Below the pieces are notes generated by a model. That model was not told the DNA's origin. It ran no database searches and saw nothing but the letters and a program-made list of their open reading frames with translations. From positions 42,072 to 106,071 of the IMG/VR virus record IMGVR_UViG_2706796498_000001: DNA of 64,000 nt, one strand, 5' to 3'. Made by a program: the position numbers and the translations under genes. This DNA comes from a virus. Taxonomy: Duplodnaviria > Caudoviricetes. Of this stretch, positions 1 through 9,225 are shown piece by piece; within the stretch, counting starts at the first letter, position 1, and the number at the start of each line of letters is the position of its first letter.

Positions 1-2
1 GT

Positions 3-1040
3 TTAACAGTACAACCCGGTACCTTCCAGTTTGTCTGTGCTAAGTGTGGGCGTCCTTTAGATCGTTGGTATAGTGGTTATTGGGTAACTGAACGACCATT
101 AGCTGGACGGACACATGGGTATTCTATTTCTCAAATGGACGCCGTGTGGGTGAGTGCCGACCAACTCAAGCAAGATGAGTTACGGGCACCATCAAAACAG
201 TTTTTCTATAACTATTCTTTAGGTATGCCTTATGAAGATAAGTCCGTGGCCTTTCACGATTATGATGTATACTCTAATGAAATTGACTATGAAAAGCCTG
301 AACAGAGAACAGACGAATATCGTTTTGTAGCAACCGGGATTGATTGGGGAGAACATAATCATACTGTTGTGACTATTGGAATGACTACCACCGGTCAAAT
401 TAGGCTTATGGATATTACCTTTATTCCTCGGTCAACTGGTACTGAACATATTGAACAAGACCTAAACCAAGTGGTTAGAAAGATTAATCAGTACAACCCT
501 GATATTATTTGTCCAGACTTAGGTTTTTCTGGGTCATATGACCAAAAGCTGTTAGCTTACTATGGCCCTGAAAGGGTATATTCTGTTAAGGTTAGATCAG
601 CTAAAACCAATGGTGACTACAACTCACATTTCAGTGACGCTGATAATACAGTTACAATTGATAAGTACACACAAAATATGATGATGATTGCTAACATTAA
701 GCGTGGTGATATTAAGTTTTGGCGAGGTTCACGGGTGGATCCAATTATTCAAACTTTTATTAAGCACGTCCAAAATGTTGTCTTTAGAACCGATGAAAAG
801 GAAGATCCGGCTACTCATACAATTGTTTATGACAAGGTTATCTTACGTAAAGGTCCAGACCACTCGGAACAAACGCTCATTTATGCCTTTGTGGGCCTAG
901 ATAAGTTGATGAAAGAGTATGCGTTAGCACATCGGAACGCTATTGAAATGCAGTTTTTATCACCGGAATTATTTAATGGAGAACAGACCGACTTACAGCG
1001 TGAGTATGGGGTGACAGATGTAAAGGAATTTGGTGAGTGA
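3..1040 (+). CDS. terL: Terminase large subunit, C-terminal part (5' end outside window)
   Basis: Frame is open from base 3 (LTVQPGTFQFVCAKCGRPLDRWYSGYW...SISQM) into the listed ORF; nuclease motifs GIDWG and GPDH; immediately upstream of portal; Twort/SPO1-type. Confidence 0.9.
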   Translation, partial: LTVQPGTFQFVCAKCGRPLDRWYSGYWVTERPLAGRTHGYSISQMDAVWVSADQLKQDELRAPSKQFFYNYSLGMPYEDKSVAFHDYDVYSNEIDYEKPEQRTDEYRFVATGIDWGEHNHTVVTIGMTTTGQIRLMDITFIPRSTGTEHIEQDLNQVVRKINQYNPDIICPDLGFSGSYDQKLLAYYGPERVYSVKVRSAKTNGDYNSHFSDADNTVTIDKYTQNMMMIANIKRGDIKFWRGSRVDPIIQTFIKHVQNVVFRTDEKEDPATHTIVYDKVILRKGPDHSEQTLIYAFVGLDKLMKEYALAHRNAIEMQFLSPELFNGEQTDLQREYGVTDVKEFGE

Positions 1041-1045
1041 TAATC

Positions 1046-2587
1046 ATGGGATTATTTGATATGTTTAGAGAACAAAAGAATTACTTTAACCCGGAGGAAC
1101 TAACTAAGTCCTATCAGAATGACTTAGCTAAGAAGTTTACTCCGGGGAAAGCTGACCAACGACTAGATGATTTATCAATTACAATTGGTAATGATCGAGA
1201 AAACCAAAGGAGTGGTCAGCGTACACAGATTGACCAAGACTATTTCTTGCGTAAGAAGGCACAACTGGCCCAGTATGCAGAAGATATTCTGGTTCAATCA
1301 ATTATCCGTACTCGAACTAACCAAGTTGTTCGTTATGCTACTCCCGCACATTTAAGTCCGACTGGTGATGGGTTTAGAGTGATTAAGAAGGGTAAAACAT
1401 ATTCTTCTATGACAAAAGAAGAACAGAAACGTTCTAAGGAACTTGAACAGTTTATCTATTATACAGGTAAAGATCAATTTGATTGGCGTGACAATTTTAG
1501 TGAGTTTCTTGCTAAGGTTATCTATGACTACTACGTCTTTGATCAGGTTAATATTGAGCGTATCTTTGAATCTAAGTCCAGTAATCAACTGAACCACTTT
1601 AACCATGTTAGTGCTGGTAATATTCTAATTGAGCGGTTCCCTAAATCTGTTGACCGCCCAAAGACGTATGTCCAGTATGTTGACCATAAAAAGCAAAGCA
1701 CGTATACTAGCAAGGATTTAGTCTTTAAGACTTTCTGGTCTCAACCAAACGCTCGTTCTGGTGGTTATGGTAAAAGCCCGGTGGAAGCAACCATTCCCCA
1801 ATTGAATTACCGAACCAACGCTGAACAGTTTAATGCCCGTTTCTTCTCCCAAGGTGGTTTAACTCGGGGTATGCTGTTGATTGACCCCGGTGATGGAACA
1901 ACGGGAAGTCGGGCAAGTTTAGACGCCTTACGGCGTAATTTAACCCCGGCCCAGTCGGTTAATGGTAGTTGGAAGATCCCTATCATGTTTGGTCATGACG
2001 CCAAGTATGTTAATATGCAACAGAATTCTAAGGATATGGAGTTTACCCAATTCCTAGGGTATTTAACAAATGAGATCTGTGCTGTTTTTAATATCCAACC
2101 CGAAGAAATTAATGTTAATAACCGTGGTGGGGTAAATGGTAGTGGTAAAGGATCTTCTGTTTTAAATGAAGGTAAGACAGCTCAAGCTAAGTTAGCCGCT
2201 TCAAAGGAATCTGGTTTAATTCCCTTGATCAAGAATATCGAACGGTTAATGACTGACAGTATTCTTGCTTATGTTGATAATGAATATCAATTTATTTTCA
2301 CACCGAGTGACGAAGAAAAGGCTGAAAAAGAAGTGTCTTTAATTCAGGCTAAGGAAAATGTTGGCTTAACGATTAATGAAGGTCGGGCCATGATGGGATT
2401 GAAACCAGTAGAGAATGGTGATGTTCCAGGTAGTCCAGCTTATATTCAGTACCTTAATACCATTGCTAAGAATGATCCAGATTCCAATAAGGAATTACAG
2501 CAAAAGGATAAGAGTAACCCTGATAAGGGAGTATCTGGTGCTGAAATGGCCGAAGAAAAACAAAAGCAAGAAGCCAAAGAAAAATAA
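1046..2587 (+). CDS. Portal protein
   Basis: Twort-like portal motifs IIRTRTNQV, GYGKSPVE, FNARFFSQGGLTRG, NGSWKIP, KDMEF, TINEGR; ATG at 1046 with SD GGTGAG. Confidence 0.93.
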   Translation: MGLFDMFREQKNYFNPEELTKSYQNDLAKKFTPGKADQRLDDLSITIGNDRENQRSGQRTQIDQDYFLRKKAQLAQYAEDILVQSIIRTRTNQVVRYATPAHLSPTGDGFRVIKKGKTYSSMTKEEQKRSKELEQFIYYTGKDQFDWRDNFSEFLAKVIYDYYVFDQVNIERIFESKSSNQLNHFNHVSAGNILIERFPKSVDRPKTYVQYVDHKKQSTYTSKDLVFKTFWSQPNARSGGYGKSPVEATIPQLNYRTNAEQFNARFFSQGGLTRGMLLIDPGDGTTGSRASLDALRRNLTPAQSVNGSWKIPIMFGHDAKYVNMQQNSKDMEFTQFLGYLTNEICAVFNIQPEEINVNNRGGVNGSGKGSSVLNEGKTAQAKLAASKESGLIPLIKNIERLMTDSILAYVDNEYQFIFTPSDEEKAEKEVSLIQAKENVGLTINEGRAMMGLKPVENGDVPGSPAYIQYLNTIAKNDPDSNKELQQKDKSNPDKGVSGAEMAEEKQKQEAKEK

Positions 2588-2598
2588 TCGATAAAGTG

Positions 2599-2626
2599 TT
2601 GACAATTTGATAGAGTGTGTTAATAT
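2599..2626 (+). promoter_or_regulatory. sigmaA-type (early-class) promoter driving a non-coding unit
   Basis: AAAGTG-TTGACA-16 bp-(TGT)TAATAT, same architecture as the early promoters at 60-63 kb. Confidence 0.75.
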
Positions 2627-2630
2627 ATAG

Positions 2631-2731
2631 TCAAGGCTTTAGTCAAGCCTAGTGATAAAACTTCTTTCTTTTCTTTGATTTGTCTTTCTACAATGCAAAG
2701 AGGCCATGAATTAACGTTCATGGTCTTTTTG
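2631..2731 (+). ncRNA. Candidate small RNA (~100 nt) with CU-rich anti-Shine-Dalgarno core
   Basis: Lies between a promoter and an intrinsic terminator with no ORF; 5' hairpin AGGCTT-TAGTC-AAGCCT (2634-2650); pyrimidine tract 2661-2689 complementary to early-gene leaders. Confidence 0.6.
2697..2731 (+). terminator. Intrinsic terminator
   Basis: AAAGAGGCCATGAA-TTAACG-TTCATGGTCTTTTT stem-loop with T tract. Confidence 0.85.
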
Positions 2732-2772
2732 TTTTTGTTATAATTTCTTATATTAATTCTAGAACAAAGTTT

Positions 2773-2782
2773 TGTTATATTA
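2773..2782 (+). promoter_or_regulatory. Putative late promoter (TGTTATATTA) for the capsid gene
   Basis: TATATTA core recurs upstream of structural genes (4395, 9133 on minus strand, 10924, 14548, 19129, 52784, 57487); matches the late-promoter motif known for Twort-like phages. Confidence 0.65.
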
Positions 2783-2837
2783 TACCTAGAATTAATAAAT
2801 AGATATTCATCTAGATGAAAGGAAGTTATTAGAACAT

Positions 2838-4328
2838 ATGCCTAAGCTAGAAACAAAAAGTCACGCGGATACTGTATTTAAGTCCACGAATCGTTCCGAA
2901 GAAATCGCTAAGAACGATGGTATGGTTTCAGAAATTAGTAAGGCTTTGGAGGCCGGTTATGGTATTACCCCTGACACGCAAGTTGATGGAGCGGCTTACC
3001 GTCTGGAAAGTCTTGACCCAACTCTGAACATTACTACGTTTGGTGAAAATGACTTTACCATTTACAAGGACTTGGAACGGGTTCCTGTTAATCAAACCGT
3101 TCAAAAGTACACTGTTTACTACAACCACGGTCGGACGGGACACCAACTGTTCCAACCGGAAATTGCTAAGTTAAGTGTTAACACGCCTAACGCACGTCAA
3201 AAGACCGTTAACGTTAAGTTCGTAGTTGACACCAAGGGTGCTTCCTTTGCTATGCAATGGGCTAACACGACTGTTGACACCCAAACCCTGCTGGAAATTA
3301 GTGGGGTAAACACGATTGCTAAGGCAATTGAATACGCTACCTTCTATGGAGATTCTGACCTTGCTACCCAAGATGGCGAAGGTTACGAATTTGACGGTAT
3401 CTCCAAGCTGATGGATCAAGATAACGTTGTTGACCTTCATGGTGGTGCTTTAACTCCAGGTAAGCTGAATGAAGCCGCTACGATTATTGGTAAGCGTGGT
3501 TACGGGAAGGCAACTGACGCTTATATGCCAGTTGGTGTTAAGGCTGACTTCATTAACCAACACCTTGGTTCCCAACGGATTCTTCAACCGAACCCGGCTG
3601 ACCACGGAATGCAAGTAGGGTTTGATATTACCCGGTTCATCTCCGCTAATGGGGACATTAACCTGCATGGTTCTACTATCATGGATCTTGACTTGGTACT
3701 TGATACTGAATCCACTCCAGATGTTAATGCTGGGGCCGCTCCTACGGTTCAAGCTAAGCAAGTCGCTGGTCAAGGTGGTGCCTTCTTAACTGATGATAAG
3801 AAGGACGCAAACGGTCGGACAATCCTTAGCAAGGAAGTAGGGACTGAACTTCAATATCGGGTAGTTGCTGTTGGTGCCCACGACAGCCTTCCATCTGACA
3901 TTGCTACGGCTACTCCGACTGCCGCAACTGATGGGGTAACTCTTACAATTACTCTTTCCCCATTGGTAACTGACCTTCCGCACTATGTAGCCATCTATCG
4001 TAAGTCTGATGTGCCGGGTGATGAAGATTTCCGTCTGATTGACCGGGTACCGATGTCCAAGTTCCAAAACGGGACTTTGACTTACACCGATGTCAATGAC
4101 ACTATTCCGGGTACGGCTGACGTATTCATTCTTGATCGGCGTCCAGAAAACATTCGTTACCTTGAGTTTGCACCAATTATGAAGTTCCCATTGGCTGTAA
4201 CGACCACTGCTACGAACTTCGCACTCCTCTGGTACGGGGCACTACAGCTAATTTACCCGAAGCGTTGTGTAAAGCTTCACAATGTATTATATGCTAGTGA
4301 CGCTGAATCCTTGTTTGACTTAGCATAG
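2838..4328 (+). CDS. Major capsid protein precursor
   Basis: AGYGITPDTQVDGAAYRLESLD, AKAIEYATFYGDSDL, EFDGISKL, ALLWYGAL: Twort/SPO1-type capsid. Confidence 0.95.
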   Translation: MPKLETKSHADTVFKSTNRSEEIAKNDGMVSEISKALEAGYGITPDTQVDGAAYRLESLDPTLNITTFGENDFTIYKDLERVPVNQTVQKYTVYYNHGRTGHQLFQPEIAKLSVNTPNARQKTVNVKFVVDTKGASFAMQWANTTVDTQTLLEISGVNTIAKAIEYATFYGDSDLATQDGEGYEFDGISKLMDQDNVVDLHGGALTPGKLNEAATIIGKRGYGKATDAYMPVGVKADFINQHLGSQRILQPNPADHGMQVGFDITRFISANGDINLHGSTIMDLDLVLDTESTPDVNAGAAPTVQAKQVAGQGGAFLTDDKKDANGRTILSKEVGTELQYRVVAVGAHDSLPSDIATATPTAATDGVTLTITLSPLVTDLPHYVAIYRKSDVPGDEDFRLIDRVPMSKFQNGTLTYTDVNDTIPGTADVFILDRRPENIRYLEFAPIMKFPLAVTTTATNFALLWYGALQLIYPKRCVKLHNVLYASDAESLFDLA

Positions 4329-4344
4329 ATATAATTATTAAATT

Positions 4345-4370
4345 CCTAGGTATTTTTACCTAGGTTTTTT
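4345..4370 (+). terminator. Intrinsic terminator after capsid
   Basis: CCTAGGTA-TTTT-TACCTAGG followed by T6. Confidence 0.8.
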
Positions 4371-4432
4371 ATTGCCCAATAATTTAAGTGTGTTTATATT
4401 ATTAGTAGTATATAGTATGTATTGGTGGTGAT

Positions 4433-5296
4433 TTGGTGGCAAAATTTGATGTGTTTCTCCCGTTTGATAAAGTTGCCAAGTCTGATGATGATAAAGTCAT
4501 TACGATTAGTGGCTACTCATCGACAGGGGACAGAGATTATCAGGGAGAAACAATTGACCCTAATGGTATTCACTATGAATATTTGTTAGATCATGGTTAT
4601 ATTGACTATGAACATGATACTGATCAAATTATTGGGGTACCAACGGAAAATACGCATTTAGATAACAAGGGTTTATTTCTAGAGGCTAAGCTATTTTCTA
4701 ATATGGAACAGGTACAGAATATTATGAAGCTGTACAAGAACATTGAGGAAAATGATATTGATCGGAATTTAGGTTTTTCTATTGAAGGTAGTGTCATTGA
4801 ACGGGACGATGAAGATGATTCAATTATTCGTCAAGTTCAGATTACTGGGGTAGCAGTAACTACACACCCAGCTAACCCCGCTTGTAGTTGGAAGGTACTA
4901 AATAAGTCCTTGTTTAACTCTAATAACAAGAGTAGTGACCAAGTAATCAAAGACATGGAAACTATGACTGCTGGGTATGATGTAAATAGTGCAACAGTTC
5001 ATGGTGGGGCCGCCTTTCGTAAGGAATCTTTTTTAGGCACCTTTAACAATTTAGTATTTAATCTAAAGCAGGCCAAGAAACTTGGGCTAGAAACGGTGGC
5101 AACTAGTTTAGCCGAAGAGTTAGATAAGAATGACGCTGACGAGGACGCAAGGGTTATCTTTGTGCAGTTGTTTACTGGTTTATCCGAAGCAGACGCCCGG
5201 TTAATTGTGCAAACAGTTGATCAACAAGCAGATACCGATAACCGGTTGAGGCTACTTGAAGGTTCATCTAACGCAGATGATGATGATGATGATTAA
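4433..5296 (+). CDS. Prohead protease
   Basis: ISGYSST, DYQGE, GYIDYEH, LGFSIEG, VAVTTHPANP motifs of the HK97-like/Twort head protease. Confidence 0.9.
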   Translation: MVAKFDVFLPFDKVAKSDDDKVITISGYSSTGDRDYQGETIDPNGIHYEYLLDHGYIDYEHDTDQIIGVPTENTHLDNKGLFLEAKLFSNMEQVQNIMKLYKNIEENDIDRNLGFSIEGSVIERDDEDDSIIRQVQITGVAVTTHPANPACSWKVLNKSLFNSNNKSSDQVIKDMETMTAGYDVNSATVHGGAAFRKESFLGTFNNLVFNLKQAKKLGLETVATSLAEELDKNDADEDARVIFVQLFTGLSEADARLIVQTVDQQADTDNRLRLLEGSSNADDDDDD

Positions 5297-5313
5297 AGGA
5301 GATTTATAAAGAT

Positions 5314-6243
5314 ATGGAATTAAAAGACGTTTTTGAACACATTGATGAAATTAAAAAGTCCCTCGAAGAAAACGAAGCCAAGTCCCTTGCACATAAGGAA
5401 CTCAAGAAGGACGAAGCAGATGACGATGAAGTAGAGGAATCTGTTCAAGTTCATGATGGCCAAATTCCTGATGGTGATGGTGACGCAGACGACAAGCCAG
5501 AAAAGGAAAAGATGGCTAAGAAGTCCAAGAAGTCTGATGATTCGGGTGATGAAGATGGTGCAGATGATGAGGACGCCGCAGACGATGAGGACGCTACCAA
5601 GAGTAAAGATTGCGATGAAGTAGAAGAATCTTGTCACAAGACTAAGAAGTCCGAAGATGTAGACCCAGATGTTGAAAAGTCAATAGATGAACCAAAGGAC
5701 GATGAAATGGTTAAGTCTTTGATTGGTGCTACTAACGAATTAATTGGTTTGGTTAAGTCCGTAGTTGTTCAGAACCAATCTTTGCTTGGTATGGTTGAAA
5801 AGTCCGTTAAGGAACCAGATTCAGAAAAGGCAGTTGAGAAGTCAGTAGATGAACCAGAGGACAGCGTGCAAAAGTCCGAAGCAGAGGTAGCTAAGTCTAA
5901 TGATGGAGAAAGTAAGAAGGCCGAAGTAGCTAAGTCGATTGACAAGGTAGCTAAGTCTATTTATGAAGAATCTGAAAAGGACGAAGTAGCTAAGAGCTTC
6001 CCAGAAGGCAAGTCAGTTGACCCTGCTTCTGATGAAGTTGCTAAGTCCGTAGATGAAGATGTAGTTAAGGCGGGTGAATTAAAGGAAGTTATCACCAAGT
6101 CTATTAATAACTACTATGGTAAGGCTAACTTCCATGACCAAAAGATTCTCAAGAGCTTGCAAAGTCTTTATCATGATGTTGAAGGCTTTGATGATGATGA
6201 AGTGGCTCCAGATGATCTTATTAACCGTTATAACGAGATCTAG
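5314..6243 (+). CDS. Acidic scaffold-like head morphogenesis protein
   Basis: D/E/K-rich with many KS repeats; follows the protease as in Twort-like phages. Confidence 0.7.
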   Translation: MELKDVFEHIDEIKKSLEENEAKSLAHKELKKDEADDDEVEESVQVHDGQIPDGDGDADDKPEKEKMAKKSKKSDDSGDEDGADDEDAADDEDATKSKDCDEVEESCHKTKKSEDVDPDVEKSIDEPKDDEMVKSLIGATNELIGLVKSVVVQNQSLLGMVEKSVKEPDSEKAVEKSVDEPEDSVQKSEAEVAKSNDGESKKAEVAKSIDKVAKSIYEESEKDEVAKSFPEGKSVDPASDEVAKSVDEDVVKAGELKEVITKSINNYYGKANFHDQKILKSLQSLYHDVEGFDDDEVAPDDLINRYNEI

Positions 6244-6312
6244 GTATAATTAACCACACATATATCTAAGATGGCTGTATGAGCTTCTCAAGGCCAAATA
6301 CAGGCATAATAA

Positions 6313-6343
6313 AAGCACCCACCATTAAGTTTGGTAGGTGCTT
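6313..6343. terminator. Bidirectional terminator between convergent operons
   Basis: AAGCACCCACCA-loop-TGGTAGGTGCTT flanked by A and T tracts. Confidence 0.7.
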
Positions 6344-6349
6344 ATTTAT

Positions 6350-6580
6350 TCATAAGCCTAGATAAGCGTCTAGGTCTTTTACATAATCGGCTCCGCCTTC
6401 AAGGCTAAACTGCCGATCTTGGGTTTCCATCAAGCGGATAAAACCCGCATATTGAATATCGGTTACTTCCTTGTACTTAGGAAGTGACTTAGCTGTTTGA
6501 ATAAACTTGTCTAGGCTAAATACCTTAACTTTGCTTGCGGGTTGAATGATTTCTGTTTTTCTTGTATTCTTTTCGACCAT
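6350..6580 (-). CDS. Small virion morphogenesis protein (usually just before the tail sheath gene)
   Basis: 76 aa, LDKFIQTAK...YAGF...LDAYLG; last gene of the conserved neck block. Confidence 0.6.
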   Translation of the reverse strand: MVEKNTRKTEIIQPASKVKVFSLDKFIQTAKSLPKYKEVTDIQYAGFIRLMETQDRQFSLEGGADYVKDLDAYLGL

Positions 6581-6583
6581 GTT

Positions 6584-7420
6584 TTACCACCTTGTTTTAA
6601 TATCTTCTATGAGACTAGTATTCTGATCAATGGTTTGGGTAACTTTGTAGGTAACTGTTAAGCGCCGGTAGAATAGTGGTTGACTATCTAAACCATTACT
6701 CTTAGTATCTTCAATTACGTCCATACCATTCATCTCAATCGTTGGAAGGTAAACGTTATAGTTTTCTTCCAAGGTTTGTTTTAAGTATATACGAATATAA
6801 GTAAAGATAGCAGACAAACAACGAATGGTACTAATGTTGCTACATACAAAGTCAATTGTTACCCCTTCATTAGTATTAATGCCGATTGGACTGCTATAAC
6901 CATCTTTATCAACCTTTGTATTGTAATAGAGGTCAATTTTATGCTGTCCATCATCATATGGTGGAATATACGGGAGATACACTTTATTATCTTGCAAGTT
7001 ATAATTAGTTGTTTGGGGGATTGAGATAACGCTATGAATTTCTTGATTAGGTTCAATCCAAGCAGTTGCATTTTGGGTTTTAACAACTAACTTTTCATGA
7101 ATAGCTTGACCAACACTATTAGAGATAGTTTGTCCTTCAACACTCCCAAGGGCACCAGATTCATCATCTTCTTCTGAACCTTTAAATTGGAACAAAAGGA
7201 AAGCGGTAGTTGGGGCAGTAGTTGGGAAGGCAAAGTAGGTGTTAATCTTCTTTCCAAGGTGATTGCTATCAGTACAATATTCATTAATAAATGAATCTAC
7301 CATATCACTAGGGAGAGAGTTAAGAATGTTGTTTTTTAGATAGTTACTATTAGCGAGAATACCAGTTAAGATTGAATTGGTTTCGTCTAATAGTAACTGA
7401 TCTACATTTGTAATGGCCAT
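6584..7420 (-). CDS. Neck / tail-completion protein
   Basis: 278 aa, MAITNVD start and YRRLTVTY C-terminus typical of the Twort-like 278-aa structural protein. Confidence 0.65.
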   Translation of the reverse strand: MAITNVDQLLLDETNSILTGILANSNYLKNNILNSLPSDMVDSFINEYCTDSNHLGKKINTYFAFPTTAPTTAFLLFQFKGSEEDDESGALGSVEGQTISNSVGQAIHEKLVVKTQNATAWIEPNQEIHSVISIPQTTNYNLQDNKVYLPYIPPYDDGQHKIDLYYNTKVDKDGYSSPIGINTNEGVTIDFVCSNISTIRCLSAIFTYIRIYLKQTLEENYNVYLPTIEMNGMDVIEDTKSNGLDSQPLFYRRLTVTYKVTQTIDQNTSLIEDIKTRW

Positions 7421-8133
7421 TACATAGCCTCCTTTTGGTTGTACTGTTCAATGTTTCTAATAATGGCTTCACGAATGATATTAGATATAATTTTAGCCTT
7501 TTGAGGATCAAAAGACCGGGCGTTTACTTGTTGTTGAATAGCGTTACGTCCGACAACCCAACTCATAGGATCTGACTTATCGGACACGGTTCTGAAAGTA
7601 ATGTAGTGTCCATACTTACCACCACCTGATTGAATACGGGTAATGTTAGTGGACTTCCATTGATAAGCCAGTGCCCCCTCACCTTCACCTGAACTATTAA
7701 GGACTTTTTTAAAGCGTTCAATATTAGCATTCTGGCCACCAGTTTCTCCAAAATTTAAGTGGCTAATATCGTCCCACAATGACCGACCATAGGCCATTCG
7801 CATTTTGGTAGTGGATTGGAAACCACCAACTGGAATCTTTAGATACCAGCCACCATCTTTGGTTGGCTTGGCTTTGGGTGACTGCATGAAGTATGGCTTT
7901 AGATCAATGAACCTAATTTGTTCATTGGTACTAGTATCTTCAATTACTTTATAAGCAACTTTTAAACCATTAGTGCTAAGTTTAATGGCTTGTTTACCAA
8001 AAGTTTGTTCTAGTTGCTTTTGTAACCCTTTAGCATATGAATTAACATATTTTTCTTTACTAACATCATCTTCAAGGTATTTCTTTAAAGCATTAATACC
8101 TTCACGACCAATTAAGTTACCAATACTAGCCAT
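7420..8133 (-). CDS. Neck / head-tail connector protein
   Basis: IDLKPYF...KDGGWYLKIP...YITFRTVSDKS...SW, conserved in the Twort-like neck block. Confidence 0.7.
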   Translation of the reverse strand: MASIGNLIGREGINALKKYLEDDVSKEKYVNSYAKGLQKQLEQTFGKQAIKLSTNGLKVAYKVIEDTSTNEQIRFIDLKPYFMQSPKAKPTKDGGWYLKIPVGGFQSTTKMRMAYGRSLWDDISHLNFGETGGQNANIERFKKVLNSSGEGEGALAYQWKSTNITRIQSGGGKYGHYITFRTVSDKSDPMSWVVGRNAIQQQVNARSFDPQKAKIISNIIREAIIRNIEQYNQKEAM

Positions 8134-8135
8134 GA

Positions 8136-9110
8136 TTAATCACCTAAGAAGTCATTCATTTCAGTAACCCGTGGATCAGTAATGGCTGTATTACCATTGC
8201 TTTCCTTATTAGTAAGATTAATATTTGAGAAATATAGGTTTTCCCGCTTTAACCTTAACTGGGGTGGCAAACGGTAGATTTGTTTCTTGCTAGTATCAAT
8301 TAGCTTCCCATCTCGGTTTTGAACTTGTGGAAATTTAACCTGATCCATCTGCATAGCCTGTTGATTACTAAGGTAACTATTAAGGGTCGTATAATCACTG
8401 GTTTCATCGCTACTAATTTCACCAGTACCATTACCAAGTGCCCACAGCTTTTGAGCTAGGTTTAGGTATTTTTGGTAACGTAATTCCTTCTCAAGGCTAA
8501 CTACATAGAAACGCTTAACTACCTCTAGGCTTAGGGAGATAGTACTATTCAACAGTTGATCGTTAGTTACTTTTAAGAAGTCGCCATCAAGAGTTAAGTC
8601 ACCCTCTTTTAGCCGGGATAAACTACCACCTGAAATGGTATAGGCTTCATTAATGGATTGTACTTTATATGGTAAATAGATACCATTATTCAATCGTTGC
8701 TGGTCTACATTGAAGATATAATTTTCACTAGTAGTCCAACCGGGGACTGTAATACGATCTCCGGGTTTAATTCCTTGCTCAACTTGGTTAATAGTAACTT
8801 GAGGAGTTGCCAAGGTTGCCCCATTTTGATCTAGCCCTTGTGTATTTAGACTAAACTGTTTTTGATCAGATAGAAAAGCAATATCCAAAGATTTAGGGTG
8901 CATGAAGATAAATCCCTGTCCATGACAGATTGGGCAATCTGGTTTTGGTTGTAAGGTTTGTGGGTCAACACAGGGACACTTATAGGACTGTTCATAGATA
9001 CTTTCAATCGAATGTTGTTCGATTAATTGGACAACGTATTTAATTTCGATCGGTTTCATTTGTGACTGAACATAGAGTGGGTTCAGACGTTCAACTGTTT
9101 CATTTTCCAT
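8136..9110 (-). CDS. Head-tail adaptor/neck protein with Cys cluster
   Basis: CPC...PDCPICHGQG motif; first gene of the inverted block, with SD GGTGGTG and a late motif upstream. Confidence 0.7.
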   Translation of the reverse strand: MENETVERLNPLYVQSQMKPIEIKYVVQLIEQHSIESIYEQSYKCPCVDPQTLQPKPDCPICHGQGFIFMHPKSLDIAFLSDQKQFSLNTQGLDQNGATLATPQVTINQVEQGIKPGDRITVPGWTTSENYIFNVDQQRLNNGIYLPYKVQSINEAYTISGGSLSRLKEGDLTLDGDFLKVTNDQLLNSTISLSLEVVKRFYVVSLEKELRYQKYLNLAQKLWALGNGTGEISSDETSDYTTLNSYLSNQQAMQMDQVKFPQVQNRDGKLIDTSKKQIYRLPPQLRLKRENLYFSNINLTNKESNGNTAITDPRVTEMNDFLGD

Positions 9111-9161
9111 TTAATCACCACCATTTCTTATTTAATATAACCCGTTAACCTAAAAAAAGTG

Positions 9162-9190
9162 TTGACAATTAACTATGATTGTTACATAAT
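9162..9190 (+). promoter_or_regulatory. sigmaA-type promoter
   Basis: TTGACA-17-CATAAT preceded by an A tract; divergent from the minus-strand late motif at ~9133. Confidence 0.7.
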
Positions 9191-9225
9191 AAAGATGTCA
9201 TAAGATAATAAAAGGAGTGATTAAT

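Noticed and set aside
2928-4067. Four minus-strand ORFs antisense to the capsid gene
   Set aside because: Shadow ORFs from biased codon usage; no SD or recognisable motifs
6244-9216. Inverted neck block as a recombinase-driven invertible segment
   Set aside because: No inverted repeats seen at the two junctions and no invertase in the window
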